Source: Paragordius varius (Eukaryota; Animalia; Nematomorpha). Taken from it: a stretch of 64,000 nt of DNA. The notes beneath the pieces are model-generated. The model saw only the letters and a list, made by a program, of their open reading frames with translations. It did not search any database and had not been told where the DNA came from. The DNA lies in the NCBI GenBank assembly GCA_964247055.1, contig OZ176050.1:14384001-14448000 (forward strand), written 5' to 3'. A program made the translations under genes and the position numbers. Shown piece by piece: positions 40,705 through 53,700 of the stretch (the stretch's first letter is position 1; each line of letters opens with the position of its first letter).

Positions 40705-41367
40705 AAACTAATGTTAAATTAAATATGAAAAATGAAATTTAAGTCAAACTCTAATATGACCTAAAAAACTGATGTGATAAAATATAATGGTGTTAGCAAT
40801 TTATCTCTGATAATTTTGCATATGAAAAATTAATTTGTTAAAATCTAATCTAAACTATCTTTTATGGACCAAAGTCAAAACGAACAATAAGCGATGCTTA
40901 AATGGTTTTAAGTATAAATTTTTTGAAAATCCAAAATACCCATAAAAATTTCCTGATGACCTGGCAAAATGGTAACATGAGCCAAGGTAATTAGTAAAAC
41001 ACACGGAATTTTGTTGAGGGCAGTTTGAGCAATAGCAGGACAACACTATGAAAAATTTTTAGACATACTTTTACAACATATAAAATACTGTCAATTTCTC
41101 AATTGCCTCAAAGAAATAAAATAAAGTCTTTAAAATTTCTGATAGGCTTATGTTAGCAAATAATTTTAAAATTTACCAGCTTTTTAAATTCATTTTATAA
41201 ACATAGAAAATTTGGATTATCAATTTTTTCAAAAATAAAATATTATTACAATTATCTTCATGAGGAAACAATGCTTGTGAGACTACTGAATTTTTCAAGT
41301 CAAAAAAATTTACCATTAAAAAAATTATAATATATAAATTTAGAATATTTTTCCAGTATAGATGCAT
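36270..41367 (-). CDS. Unnamed secreted protein X2, tandem paralog of X1 (6 exons, 275 aa)
   Basis: Exons (minus): 41367-41250, 41045-40940, 40666-40500, 39769-39624, 39313-39190, 36436-36270. Same intron phases as X1; four of six exons identical in length (118, 106, 167, 124 nt); open frame with the stop codon at the same aligned position. Confidence 0.85.
37927..38492. mobile_element. piggyBac-like MITE, copy 2, last intron of X2
   Basis: TTAA flanks; colinear with 19313-19894. Confidence 0.8.
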
Positions 41368-41927
41368 TTTATCTTGTATTAAAACAGATAATATATAATA
41401 TAAACTGTTTGATACCAATTAATATAATTTATTATACGTACTTTTTAAACAATTTAATCGATCAAAGTTTTTTAACCTTAACAAGAACTCAAGCTTGCAA
41501 ATGTTTTTATATACAAAAAAAATGCAAAATTGGCTAACAAATGGATACCAGACTACTTTTACCATTAATTAGGAAAATAATAAAATGTTATATGACGGTT
41601 CCCCAATCATGAAACCCAAATTTAAAATTACGTAAAATTATTATCAGCAAAAATCGCAACAAACGGTTAGCTATTTATGGGTGCTATTAGAAATCAACTC
41701 TTCTCATTTTTCGTTTTATGTCAAAATATATATTCCCTAAAAACCTTAAAGTGATTTAAAATAATTCAAACTTCTTTCTTTAACTAATGTACTAATAAAT
41801 TATTACCTTAATTAAGAGAACGGGTGAGAGTACGCAGACGATTAATTTGATATGGATCCCATTTTGTACATCTGACAACGTCATATAAACACAAGTTGAT
41901 TTCACCAAAACAAGACATTCAGTAATC

Positions 41928-42818
41928 TTGTCGAATTTCGTGCCCGAAAAAAAAACATTTGTGATACGCATTTCTATTAGATGAACGCTGTTCATTTGCT
42001 GGCAGAAACATATGGAGTTTGGAATCGCTCATGAAAATATGATTTCCAAATATTAAAAGTTGTGATTACCTGTTAAGGTAAGAGCGCTCTGATAGATTTT
42101 ACAAGTGCAGGATGCTAAAATACAAGCGTTATTGACATTGTAGTAAGCATTCAAAGTATCACAAAAAACAATCAATCAATATCTTCCGGCAATGAGAAAG
42201 ACAATAACCTTGGTAAATGGGTCCTATAAAAATTGCATGAACGCCAAATCTAAATGGTGAAGTGATTTGTAAAAGCCTGCCTCAACGCACAAAAGAATTC
42301 ATTTTTGTTCAGTATTTACACGGGTGCGGAAAAATGGCTTTATTACCTTGTTAACCAATGCTGTGTCTGGTGGAAGGTTATAAATTTTGGAAACCCTGTG
42401 TCTTTAATACATAAAGCTATTGTTTACAACTAATTTCAACCAACAAAGTAATAAAAAAAACTATCTGAATCGGCCAGAAAACATGGAAATGTGATTTTGC
42501 TGATGGCAATGCTCCGTCCACACAGCGAATACAGTTAAAGACATCTTAAAATCACTTCCATAAAAAATTCTTTCGCATTCACTACTGGTGCTAGCTGAGA
42601 ATACAACTTCGCATCATAAGGCACAACCTGCAGAGAGGTCAATAATTTTAAAGAGATAAATGGCTTGAGGGAAAATCAGTTTTTCTGGCACATTTTTATA
42701 GTACCGGAGATGGCCGTAAAGTGAGAAGACGATGGACACTCTTTTGTATGTAGTAAATTGACCCCTTACGAATTTCATATTTTTTACTAAAAAACCGATA
42801 AACTTATGGCTACACCTT
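41928..42818 (+). mobile_element. Decayed mariner (Mos1/mauritiana-like) transposase with 3' TIR
   Basis: Across frameshifts: (M)SNFVPEK, HLLAETYG, SIYTGAEKWLYY (from TGDEKW), MLC(V)WW, HGNVILL..NA(R)PHTANTVKDILKSL. The 3' TIR-like aaaccgataaacttatggctacacct|ta at about 42792-42818 resembles the Mos1 end. 5' TIR not found. Confidence 0.75.
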
Positions 42819-44928
42819 ATGATTTAGGGGGCATTTTTGTGATGCCCTTTAGAGTAGCTCATTAATATATGATTTGGCAGAAATATATGATTATTAAATA
42901 AATTTCAAGATTTTTTAACTCAAAAATAAAAAAAAAATATGGGATCTACTAGTCAGCTTTCTCACACGGCTATTTAAATCAAATTCGACTCAGATGTGCT
43001 AATTGACTGTCTGTTAATTTATGGATTTTTAAATTTCTCACCATGTTCTCAAATAAAAGTTTGAGTAGAAAATTTTTTAATAGATGACCGATTGATGTAT
43101 TGGATTTCTAAACTCGATTAACTAATTATCAAAAATATCATGAAGAGAATAAAAACCTTTGTTATTATTTACGATTTCGAAGGGAATTTTTAATTTTTTA
43201 TACCAGTTTACTCAATATGCTGATGTCTCAAGATGTTCCAATTGTATTTGTTTAAATTTTTGACAATACGGACAAAATATAAAAATTTAAAGACAAATAT
43301 TTTTTCTAAATGACAACGCTCCGTTTTCAAATCTAGTTTTTTTAAACTCATTGTTACAAATTGCCAAGTATAAAATAGAGATGTTAATTATAACACCAAT
43401 TGAGTGCAATAAGTAATGTATATTGGAAAATAAGGTTTTAAAAAAGTATAGTTTTCTTTTAAGAAATAAAAATTTTGCATATGTTTTTTTACGTTTTACC
43501 CAGTATAATTTCATTTTTACTGTAATTTATATAATATATATGAAACTATGCACAAAACATTACGAAATAGGTGCCTAATTTCTCATAAAATATAAAAAAT
43601 ATGATAATAGGTAAAAAGTTGTATAATTGGTTAGGGTCTCTAAATTGAAGCATGTGGAAATTTTTTGGATGTAAGCTAAAAATGGATTTCAGCCTTTTCT
43701 TGGACTTGGATTGTACATGTAAAATTTGAAAGCATCTAAAGCGAATTACTTGCTAGCATAAATCCAAATTTACAGTAAAAATTGAAATTATACGGGCAAA
43801 ACGTTACATATAAAGACACATTTTTTTTTCTTTTAAACCTTAATTTATCACGAAGGAAACGTTTAATTACTATTATATTTATACATCTTTGTTTCATACT
43901 TTACAGTTTTAAACAATGAGTTATATTCCAAAAAGATCAAGCTATAAAAAAGTATGGTTGCCTTTTGAGAAAAAAATATTTGTCTTTAAATTTTTACGTT
44001 TTGTCCGTATAAATTCAATTTTTTTATCTCTAAGCACAATTAAGAAGTGCGTTTACCCAATAATGTTTCCCTTGGAGTCTTATTAGAGGATAGGCGAAAT
44101 CTATAGAAACCTATTTTATAAGTCCGAAAACAGAGATACTTCATTATTTTTACATTTTATTTAAATATTCAATTTTTACTGTATTTATCAGCAAACTCAA
44201 ATCATAATAAAATTAATCAATTTTTTGGCTAATTATAACATATGTTTAATTTTGCCCTTTAATATCATTCTTTCTCGTTTTTGTTTCTTCTGTCTTATTT
44301 AAATTTCGAAAAAACGCAAAGTTTGTTTTGATACAAAATGAAAAAATAAAAAAACAACAAATGCAAATCAAAATATTTCAACCTCTTTATAAATAAACTT
44401 TGGGGGTTGTAAAAATATGGTTAAAAAATAATATATCCATTTTTGTAGCACAAAACTTTCTCACCTATCTATAATATAGGAATTATTTAAGTCAACATAT
44501 TCACAAGGCTTCAACTGATTATGCCCGTTAATTTATAATTTAGAAATGTTATAATAACTTAATAAATGCTCCCTTTTAGTTTGGTGTTTCAATAAAGAAT
44601 TATACATGAATTATCGATCGCTGTATTTTAAAAATTGGAGATTATAATTAATCTGTCCAACACCGACCCACTACAATATAGGAAATAAAACCGCGGCCTT
44701 AAAAGTGCTTTTAATATCCCTAAAACATATGAAAAAATTGATTTACTATATTAATTTACAATATAAATACATCTGCAAATAAGTTAAACAAATATGAAAT
44801 GTTATATTTTTTGCGGCAAATTTTTTACTAATATATACCAGTTATTTTTCTATGATATTTAATAGAAATAAATTTCCTTCATGGATGTGAATGAGTTAGG
44901 TTCAGTTGGAAATACAACATTTTATATA

Positions 44929-45219
44929 CAGTAAAAATGAAAATTATACGGACAAAACGTGAAAATCTAAAGACAAATATTTTTTCATAAAAGACATGCT
45001 TTTAAAATCTTTTTTTTCTAAATATAACTCATTGTTTTAAATTACAAAGTATAATATAGAAATGTAAATAGGCAATATAATCAATTATGTATTTTGTGAT
45101 TGTAATTAATTGTTTTTTATAGGATCAAAATTAAGATTTAAAAAAGTATGGGTTTCTTTTGAAAAAATAATTTGTCTTTATATTTTTAAATTTTGTCCGT
45201 ATAATATCATTTTTTACTG
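44929..45219. mobile_element. MITE family C, Tc1/mariner-type (TA|CAGT...ACTG|TA), representative copy
   Basis: ~75-bp TIR cagtaaaaattgaaattatacggacaaaacgtaaaaatataaagacaaat. Other copies: ~6542-6830, 14800-15080, 28583-28876, 33410-33646, 35575-35800, 37432-37683, 38600-38880, 43265-43525, 43772-44045, 49777-50050, 57662-57915. Confidence 0.88.
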
Positions 45220-45616
45220 TAATTATATGATACAAAAATAATTTATTCATATTTGAAATATGTACAAAACGTGTTATAAACATGGTGCATAATTTCTCAT
45301 AAATTATTAAAAATGGATAATAGGGTAAAGATGAGTTTTATAATATTGGTTGAAGGGTACCTTAATTGGTGTGGTAAAAAAATTTTTCATTTGGTTCTTT
45401 CTTTGAATTAGATCATGATTTAAGCTTATTTTATCGATAATCGTTTGCAGAATGTTAAGTATGGGTTAAGGCACCCAATTAATTTTAAATTTTTTTTCTT
45501 TTACATCCTAATTTTCTGAAGAAACTATCCTAAAGCTTTTATCATTGGGGGCGAAACCTAGTCTATCTATCCATAAACAATAACTTTACTCAAAACTGTT
45601 TGATATGCCCGCCATA

Positions 45617-46750
45617 TTAAACTATAATGTCATCTTGTTTAGTGACAATGTGTTTCACTAGACCAGCTACATTTTGCGTAGATGTAGTCGCTTTACAAAG
45701 TATCATCTCACTCTCAAGCGTTACATTAGGCCTATTGGTGGCGTTAGTTTTAGTTTGGATTTGTTTTTGATTTTGATTATCACTCAAAGCATTATTCGCT
45801 GTATGAGGTTCTGAGGACAGGGGTCTCCTACCCTCTTCCCATTCTCGTTCTACGGTTGAAGCACACGAGTATGGAGAAATGCTATGGTGGTCTTGTCTAT
45901 CCGACTGAAAATTATTTGTGAATTGTTGTGTCGTTTTAGAAATGCTGTTGCAACTGCTGATATTTGATTGACTGTGGGAAGTGGAAGAATTCAGTCCCCA
46001 AGGCGACGATGGTGTATTTGAGCAAGGAAGGGATAAACTATGGTTTTTGTTTGGTGTGTTGGCTAAATATATGCAATATGTATATGGAAAATAAATTTTC
46101 TTTAAATTTATAAAATTCATATAAGTGACATTTATAGTCCGATTTCAAAATAATTGGGGTGATGATGGAACTACCAAAGGGTTACCCAAAAAAATTATCT
46201 AAATCACCTGATAAATTTGGATTTTAGGTAACCATTTTTATTATAAAAATTGTAAAAAATATAGTTTGAAATAAAAGGGGAGTTCAGAGCCATTTTTTGG
46301 AGGAAAAAAACCAATTTAATTGGTGGTTATAAATTTAAAAAATATTGAATAAAGAGCTAGCCGGCTATATTATAATGTTTAGTTTAAATATGTTTGTTAA
46401 TTTAAAAGTAGTGATACCTAAAAAAATATTTTTGTTATTTAACGGACATTAGTTTATAAAAAGCGACACATATATAAAAGTAATTTATATAAAATAATTT
46501 TTTGTTTCTTGTAAGCTATCGAGGCTAGCTTTTTTCTAAAAATTATATATTGTATTTGTCTTCTTCTCAGAAATGAAAATATATAATTTTGGGTTAAGCG
46601 AACAAGCTAAAAAAATAATTATGTATTCAAATATAACTGTAAAATTTGAAGAGTTGTCATAAATAATTATATATTTAAAATTGCTCATCACAAACCCGTA
46701 TGGCATATTAGTGTTTATGAAAAATAAATTTCTTTTACAAAATCATATCT

Positions 46751-46822
<72 letters not shown>

Positions 46823-49800
46823 TTCTAGATATGTCCTATGTATTATAAACAAACTTTGGTTAATTAACATTTTTAGGGGCAAAAAATATTTTCAAAAACA
46901 GTTATGCTTTAATTCACTTTTGTATTAAAGAAACGCCGCCAGTCAGAGCTTCCGAAAGCCTGGGGTTTTGCCTCCAAATTAACGCAAAAAAATAAATATA
47001 TATATTCATAACCTAACGCTTAGTAATAAATTATAATAATTACATTTTATATCAAAATGGGTTAGCAGCAAATCAAGCTTATATTCTATCCTTTGTAAAT
47101 CCTCCAATAAATGCCCTAAACGGTCATCTTCAACATTGCAGTCATTTGACTCAACTAAGGGACCATTTATTGTTTTGTTATTGTTTCGATCTGAGCTCTA
47201 TTAATTTTGGTTAAAATAGTAAAACTTAAAATGATAAAAACAAAACATAAAAAGTGAAAGAAAAGTTTTTTTAAGAAAAGAAACCATAATTTTAAACGTG
47301 TGTATTTGTGTTAAAATAATCGTTTGGCGAAAAAAAAATATATATGTTGGTTATCACTCATTTATTTTTTAGTGTAATACATATACACTCATTTAAGTAT
47401 TTATGTTACCACCAGGATAAAAAATATTACCTTCTTTATATAAAACATATTAGTGTTATACTTTTTATATTTTGACCTTATATATATATATATAAATATT
47501 AATTTTTACTGTATAAGCAGATAATTTATTGCAATGATCTTTGTTCGTTGAAATTGGATTATTTTGCGTAGTTTTACTATTACCATTATTATAAGAAGTG
47601 TGCAATTGAGCAAATGTTGAGGTTAACTGTTGATCACAGGGGATAGGTATAACGGATGGCGAATCGGCACGACATAGAGGTTGAAGTTTAATATTTTCTT
47701 TTTTGTCATTAGCATATTTATTGAACAAATCTTTATTATGGTGGTACTGAGTTCTCTCACTAGATTTTAATGTAGTAGTACTCTTTGGTAATAATAAGTT
47801 TTTGGTAAGGAGTATATGATGGTTTTTATTGCTAGGCTCATTAGGCTCATCATCGTTACCTATTAGGATGTGTCGCCATTTACGTTCCTTTTGTTTCCGA
47901 ATATTTTCCAATAACTTTTGCGTGCAAAGTTCCTCATCTTCTGTTTCGATACTGCCGAGTTTATGACTTTTATCAGTTTTTTGAGTCAAAAAAGATGTGT
48001 CCTGGTTTGGTTGGCTTGTACTTGTAATTTGAAATTCGCTTTCAATCATTTTCGCGTTTATAGCGTCAGTCAAGAGGGGTGGACAAGGCGGCTGGGAAGG
48101 TGATTGGGTTGATGTCAATTGTTTCCGTGTGTACTTCAAATTTGAGAGAGGTGTTGACTCATCATAATTGCAAGTTGTTTTCTTGGATAAAGGACCAAGC
48201 TCAATATCGTCCGATTTGTTGGATTCTTTCTGAAAAGATAATTTACCATCACTAAGTTGACGACGTTTTGTTTGAGTTCGTGAGTCCACGATTTGATTAG
48301 TACCGGAATTCGTAGTTACTGCTGCATTTTTATTGAGCAATAATAGAGGTAACTGAGTCTTTGATCGTTTTGTGATAGATTGGGACAAACAACCTTCAGT
48401 TCCTGCTGACTCTGTTCCTGACTTAATATCACTAAAAGACAAACTCCCAAAACCAACCTTAGTTTTGTGGGGCGTTTTTTCACCTGTACCAGCACTACCT
48501 AAGAGGAAAGATGATGAGTTATTAGCTAATTTCCCGCTTGTGCCACCAAAGTTTGCTTTGGAATTACTACTGGTAGGATTTGCTGTTGTACTACCGTTAT
48601 TGTTTTTAACGCTGAAACCAGCAGCAGTTGGTAATAGAGAATGCATCGTTCCTGAGCTAGGGGCCGAAACAGGAGCCACACTTGATTTCCTTAGGCGTGA
48701 AAGCAATTTACGCACCGGATGATTTTCATCGAATTGTGGGAGGGGTTGATTTTTACGCAACTCTTCAAGTTCTTGCTCGCGTTTCACATCAGCAATTTTA
48801 CGGAAAATTATCTAAGGAAAGGGAAAGGGAAAGTGAATGTGTGTATGCAATAAATGTTACAGATAAACGTAAAAGGGAAAAAAACAAGTAGACAAATATT
48901 TTTTTTCTCCTAAATAGACAACAACCATACCTTTTGAAATAAATTTGATTGATATTTACTATTTACAATTTTAAAGTGTATATTACCAAATTAAATCTCT
49001 AAACCGCAAACCGTTATTCAAAATGATGAGTTGCACCAAAAATCAAGGAGTTGGTTGTCTTTTGCCAAAATATTAATTTTTTACTTTTAGTTTTTATACG
49101 TTTTGTTATAACTATTTTTACTATATATATAAAATGAAATATATAATATATACTCTATGCCTTAGATTATAATTGAGCACGAGATTGCGGGAGAATGAGT
49201 TAGCAAATGCATGGTAAAAAGCTAAAACATCCAATAATTTTTCCCTTTTTATGACATGCAAATCACAATATGTCAGAGCTCTAACGTTAGCGGTTGATTG
49301 GCCGAGTGTACCTTCTCGCCAAAAATAATCTCCAAAAACATCACCATTACCTATGGCAGCATTTATAATTTTGTTTAGATTATATATATATATATATATA
49401 TACCATTTACAGTTCAAATTCACCCTTGAACAATTCAAATTCACCCTTGAACAATTCAAATTCACCCTTGAACAATTTAAATTCACCAATTCAAATTCAC
49501 CCTCAAATAAAATATATGTTTTTTAGGATTAAAAATTACCAATATTTTTATATATTTTTAAAAAATAAAATTGTTTTAAATTAATTACAATAATACTGAA
49601 AAAAGAATAAACTATGCCATAAAGATATATTTCTTATTAATAATAGTTCGAAAACACATTATTTATTTTTAGGGGGAATTTGATTTGTTCAACGGTGAAT
49701 TCGAATTGTTTGAGGGTGAATTTTAATTATTCAAGGGTGAAATTCCACTGTAAATGGTATATATATATATATATACACTAAAAATTGAAATTATACAGAC

Positions 49801-50288
49801 AGAACGTAAAAATATTAAGACAAATAATTTTTTTTAAGAAACAACCCCATCTCCTTTTAAAAATCTTAATTTATCCTATGTAAATAATTAAATTACAATC
49901 GTAAAATATATAATTGATTGTGTTACCAATTTACTACTCTATAATATACTTTACAGTTTAATAAAATATGTTATATTTGGAAAAAGAATTAAAAAGTATG
50001 GTCGTCTTTTAGAAAAAAATATTTGTCCTTATATTTTTACGTTTTCACCCGAAATTATTAAAATTTCACATTGTAAGCGAAAATTATCGACATTGTTGGA
50101 CGAAAAAAAGTTTAAAACCTACCCTTTTTATCAAAGTAAAAAAAAATATTAGAAAAAAGAATTATTCCGTCACACTACCTGTTGAGACCTCTAATATTAG
50201 CGTAAAAACCATATGTTAAAAATACATTAATAAACATTCTAGCCTATTCAGTAGTAATTAATTTATTCATTGGTGTTCGTATTGTTAG

Positions 50289-50320
<32 letters not shown>

Positions 50321-50445
50321 CCTCAATAATACAATTGAGACAATAGGAATAATTTAATATAAAAAGAGACAATTATTTATGGCGATAACCCTGTCATCTT
50401 GAATGAGTTCTAGCGAAACCTCAAAACGGTAAAAAAGAGCAAATT

Positions 50446-50488
<43 letters not shown>

Positions 50489-50742
50489 GTTTACAATTCA
50501 ATTTTACCCTTAAACAATTCAAATTCATCCTTGAACAATTCAAGTTTTTAAGATTAAAAATTACCAATATATTTATATATTTTTGAAAAATAAAGATTTT
50601 GTTTTAAATTAAAATATTATTGTAAAATAATAAACTATAATATAAACATATATTTCATATTAATAATGAGTTGTATTAGTTCGAAAATACATAATTTATT
50701 TTTAGGGTGAATTTGAATTGCTCAAGGGTGAATTTGAACTGA

Positions 50743-50778
<36 letters not shown>

Positions 50779-53700
50779 ACCAATCACATATTTGGTTTAA
50801 TAATCTGGTTTTCAAAAATTTGCTGAGACTGAGAAAAATACTTAGTATGGCGATAATCCTGTCATCTTGAATGAGTTCTAGCGAAACCCCGAAACGACAA
50901 AAAATAGCAAATCATTATAAACAAATTCCAATCACATATTAACACATTCAAAATGGTTTTTTTTTCAAAACAAAAAGGCTCAATCGAAAAAAATGAATGT
51001 AATTACTAAGTATGGCGACAACATCTTGAATGACTTTGAGCGAACTCAAACGGAAAAGTGAGCAATTTATTATTATATACAAATTCCAATCACATATTTA
51101 ATAATGAATTATCAAATCATAAAAAGTTTTGCAAAAAATTTATTAGAAAGAATGTAAATACTTAGTATGGCAACAACTTCGTCATCTTGAATAACTTCAA
51201 GCGAACCAGAAACGGGTAAAAAGCAATTTATTATATATAAATTTCAATCACACATTAGTCTTAATTAAATTATATCAAATCATAAAAAGGTTTTGAAAAA
51301 AATTTTATTTTCGGAAAGAATGATGTAATTACTTAGTATGGCGAAACATCTTAAATGGAAAAGTGAGCAAATTATTATTAGATACAAATTCCAATCACAT
51401 ATTTAATAACAATTTATCAAATCATAAAAAGTTTTTTTCAAAAAAAATTATTTTAAGGCTCAATCGAAAGAATGATGTAATTACTTAGTATGGCAACAAC
51501 TTCGTCGTCTTGAATAACTTCAAGCGAACCCGAAACGACAAAAAAAAGAGTGTCCACACTTTCACCCGTGTGACAAATCAAATCACCCGGGGCGTTATGA
51601 TTCATTTGGAAATTAACCGCTAAAGCTCGGAGACATCCATCGCTGGCTAGGCGGAAAGCGGGTTGGTCTTGAAAAACTTTACGGTTCAAGTGGACGCATA
51701 TGTCAGCCTGCATATCTTTCGGGCAGTATGTGAATACCTAGGAGAGATAAAAGAAATATACCATATCGATTACCATTTACAGTTCAAATTCACCCTTGAA
51801 CAATTCAAATTCACCCTTGAACAATTCAAATTCACCCTTGAACAATTCAAATTCACCCTAAAAATAAATTATGTGTTTTCGAACTTAATATAACTCATTA
51901 TTAATGAGAAATATATCTTTATGTCATAGTTTATTATTTTTTCAATATTATTATAATTTTAAACAAAATTTTTATTTTTTGAAAATATATAAAAATTTTA
52001 GGTAATTTTTAATCTAAAAACATGTATTTTATTTGAGGGTGAATTTGAATTGTTTAAGGGTGAATTTGAATTTTAAATGGTATATATATATGTGTGTGTA
52101 ATAATTGCGTCATCTGTTTAATTCGGTGTGAAATCGTGACTCATGACTGTAAACACTTCGAAAAATAAAATGATTAGTCAAAAAATTAGAGCATATGTAC
52201 ATATGAGATTAGATAAAGTTACCAAATTTAATTGTAAGAATCTTATTCTTAACTATATATATATATATATATATATAGTCGAGGCACTGATGATTTGAAT
52301 TGATTATATATTTATTTTATATACATATATATATAACAAGACCAGTTTGGAGACAGTGGTATTCAAAGCGCTCAGCTTTTTTATGTTGATACTTATATGG
52401 AGTTAACATTTGAATATGTTTATCGGTATTATATGGTTTATTATTCGACCCTTCGGAATTTTCGAGGACCACTGAGTAAAACCCCTTGAGTATTTTGATT
52501 ATAAATTGTAAACGGCATCATTAAAATAATTAATAAAGACTTTTAAAGCAGAAAAATACATTTCTTAACGTACGCACCATTATTTCCTAAAATCCCCAGT
52601 TATAAAATAATTAGATAATGATTAAACACAAATGACAAAGGCAAAAAATTGCACACAATTGAAAAAAAAACGCTTGAGACAAAATAAGCAAAAACCACCC
52701 CGACCATTAAAAACTTATAACCTTTGCAATATCGATTCCTTTGGTGGCAGCCCATCGGGAAACAATGTAATCCATAACTCTTTCTGACAAATCTTTGGGA
52801 ACTTCGTAAAGTTTCATAAAATCTCGAACATTATTTAACATTTCATGATAACGAGCTGTGTTAGCCGCCATTTGTTGAAAGATGGTTGTAACATTCCCAA
52901 ATATAGTTGCGTATAATAGTGCTAATATATACAGCGAAGCGCAAAACAATAGAGTATGGGTAAAAAACAACAAATGATTGAACGCAAACAATGTTTTTTC
53001 CTACCTTACAACATAAAATATATTAGATTATGGACAAAATTTGTCTTATATCATACGCCTATTGAATCTATCCATTAGTGGTCAACGATAATGTTAACTG
53101 ACCAAATTAATGAGAGTACACTATATGTAAGAAAATAATGGTAATGCTTAAAAGGCAAAATAAATTAAAATCTTTTTTACTATATATCATTTAAGCAAAT
53201 ATCTCTCTTTTATACTTAATATCGGTGTAAATATACTATCAAACTTGATAATAGGATCATTTGTTAAAATCAAAAAAAGTTTTAACCAACCACACCACTA
53301 GAGATCAAAAATTTATAAACCAATTATGTATAAGCCAAAAAAAATTAGTTTACAAACAAAACCAACATATCAAAAAAACTATTATATACATACATCCCAG
53401 CAGCATGATTATGATAGAGAAAATCCGCTCAGCATCAGTGCTAGGTGCAATATTTCCAAATCCTACTGTTGTTAACGACGTCATGGTAAAGTAAAGGGAA
53501 GCGATATATCTTTCCTTTTTACTGGGACCACCAAATAGTTTGGGCACGCTTTCATTCGTGTAGGAGAAGGTATGTTTGGTTTCAGGCGTCTGACCAAGTC
53601 CTATTAACCAGCTACCTGTGACATTACGCTTGGCTTCAAAGAAACCAATACTATACCAGATACAAGCAAGCCAATGTGCAAATAGTATGAAAACACTAAT

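Noticed and set aside
47918-48891. Plus-strand ORFs 47918-48103, 48372-48722, 48682-48891
   Set aside because: Antisense shadows of the long eag exon; no recognisable product.
49403-49500. 21-bp direct-repeat arrays resembling CRISPR or encoding VNLNCSR/FKFTLEQ peptide repeats
   Set aside because: No unique spacers, no cas genes, eukaryotic context; these are MITE subterminal repeats.
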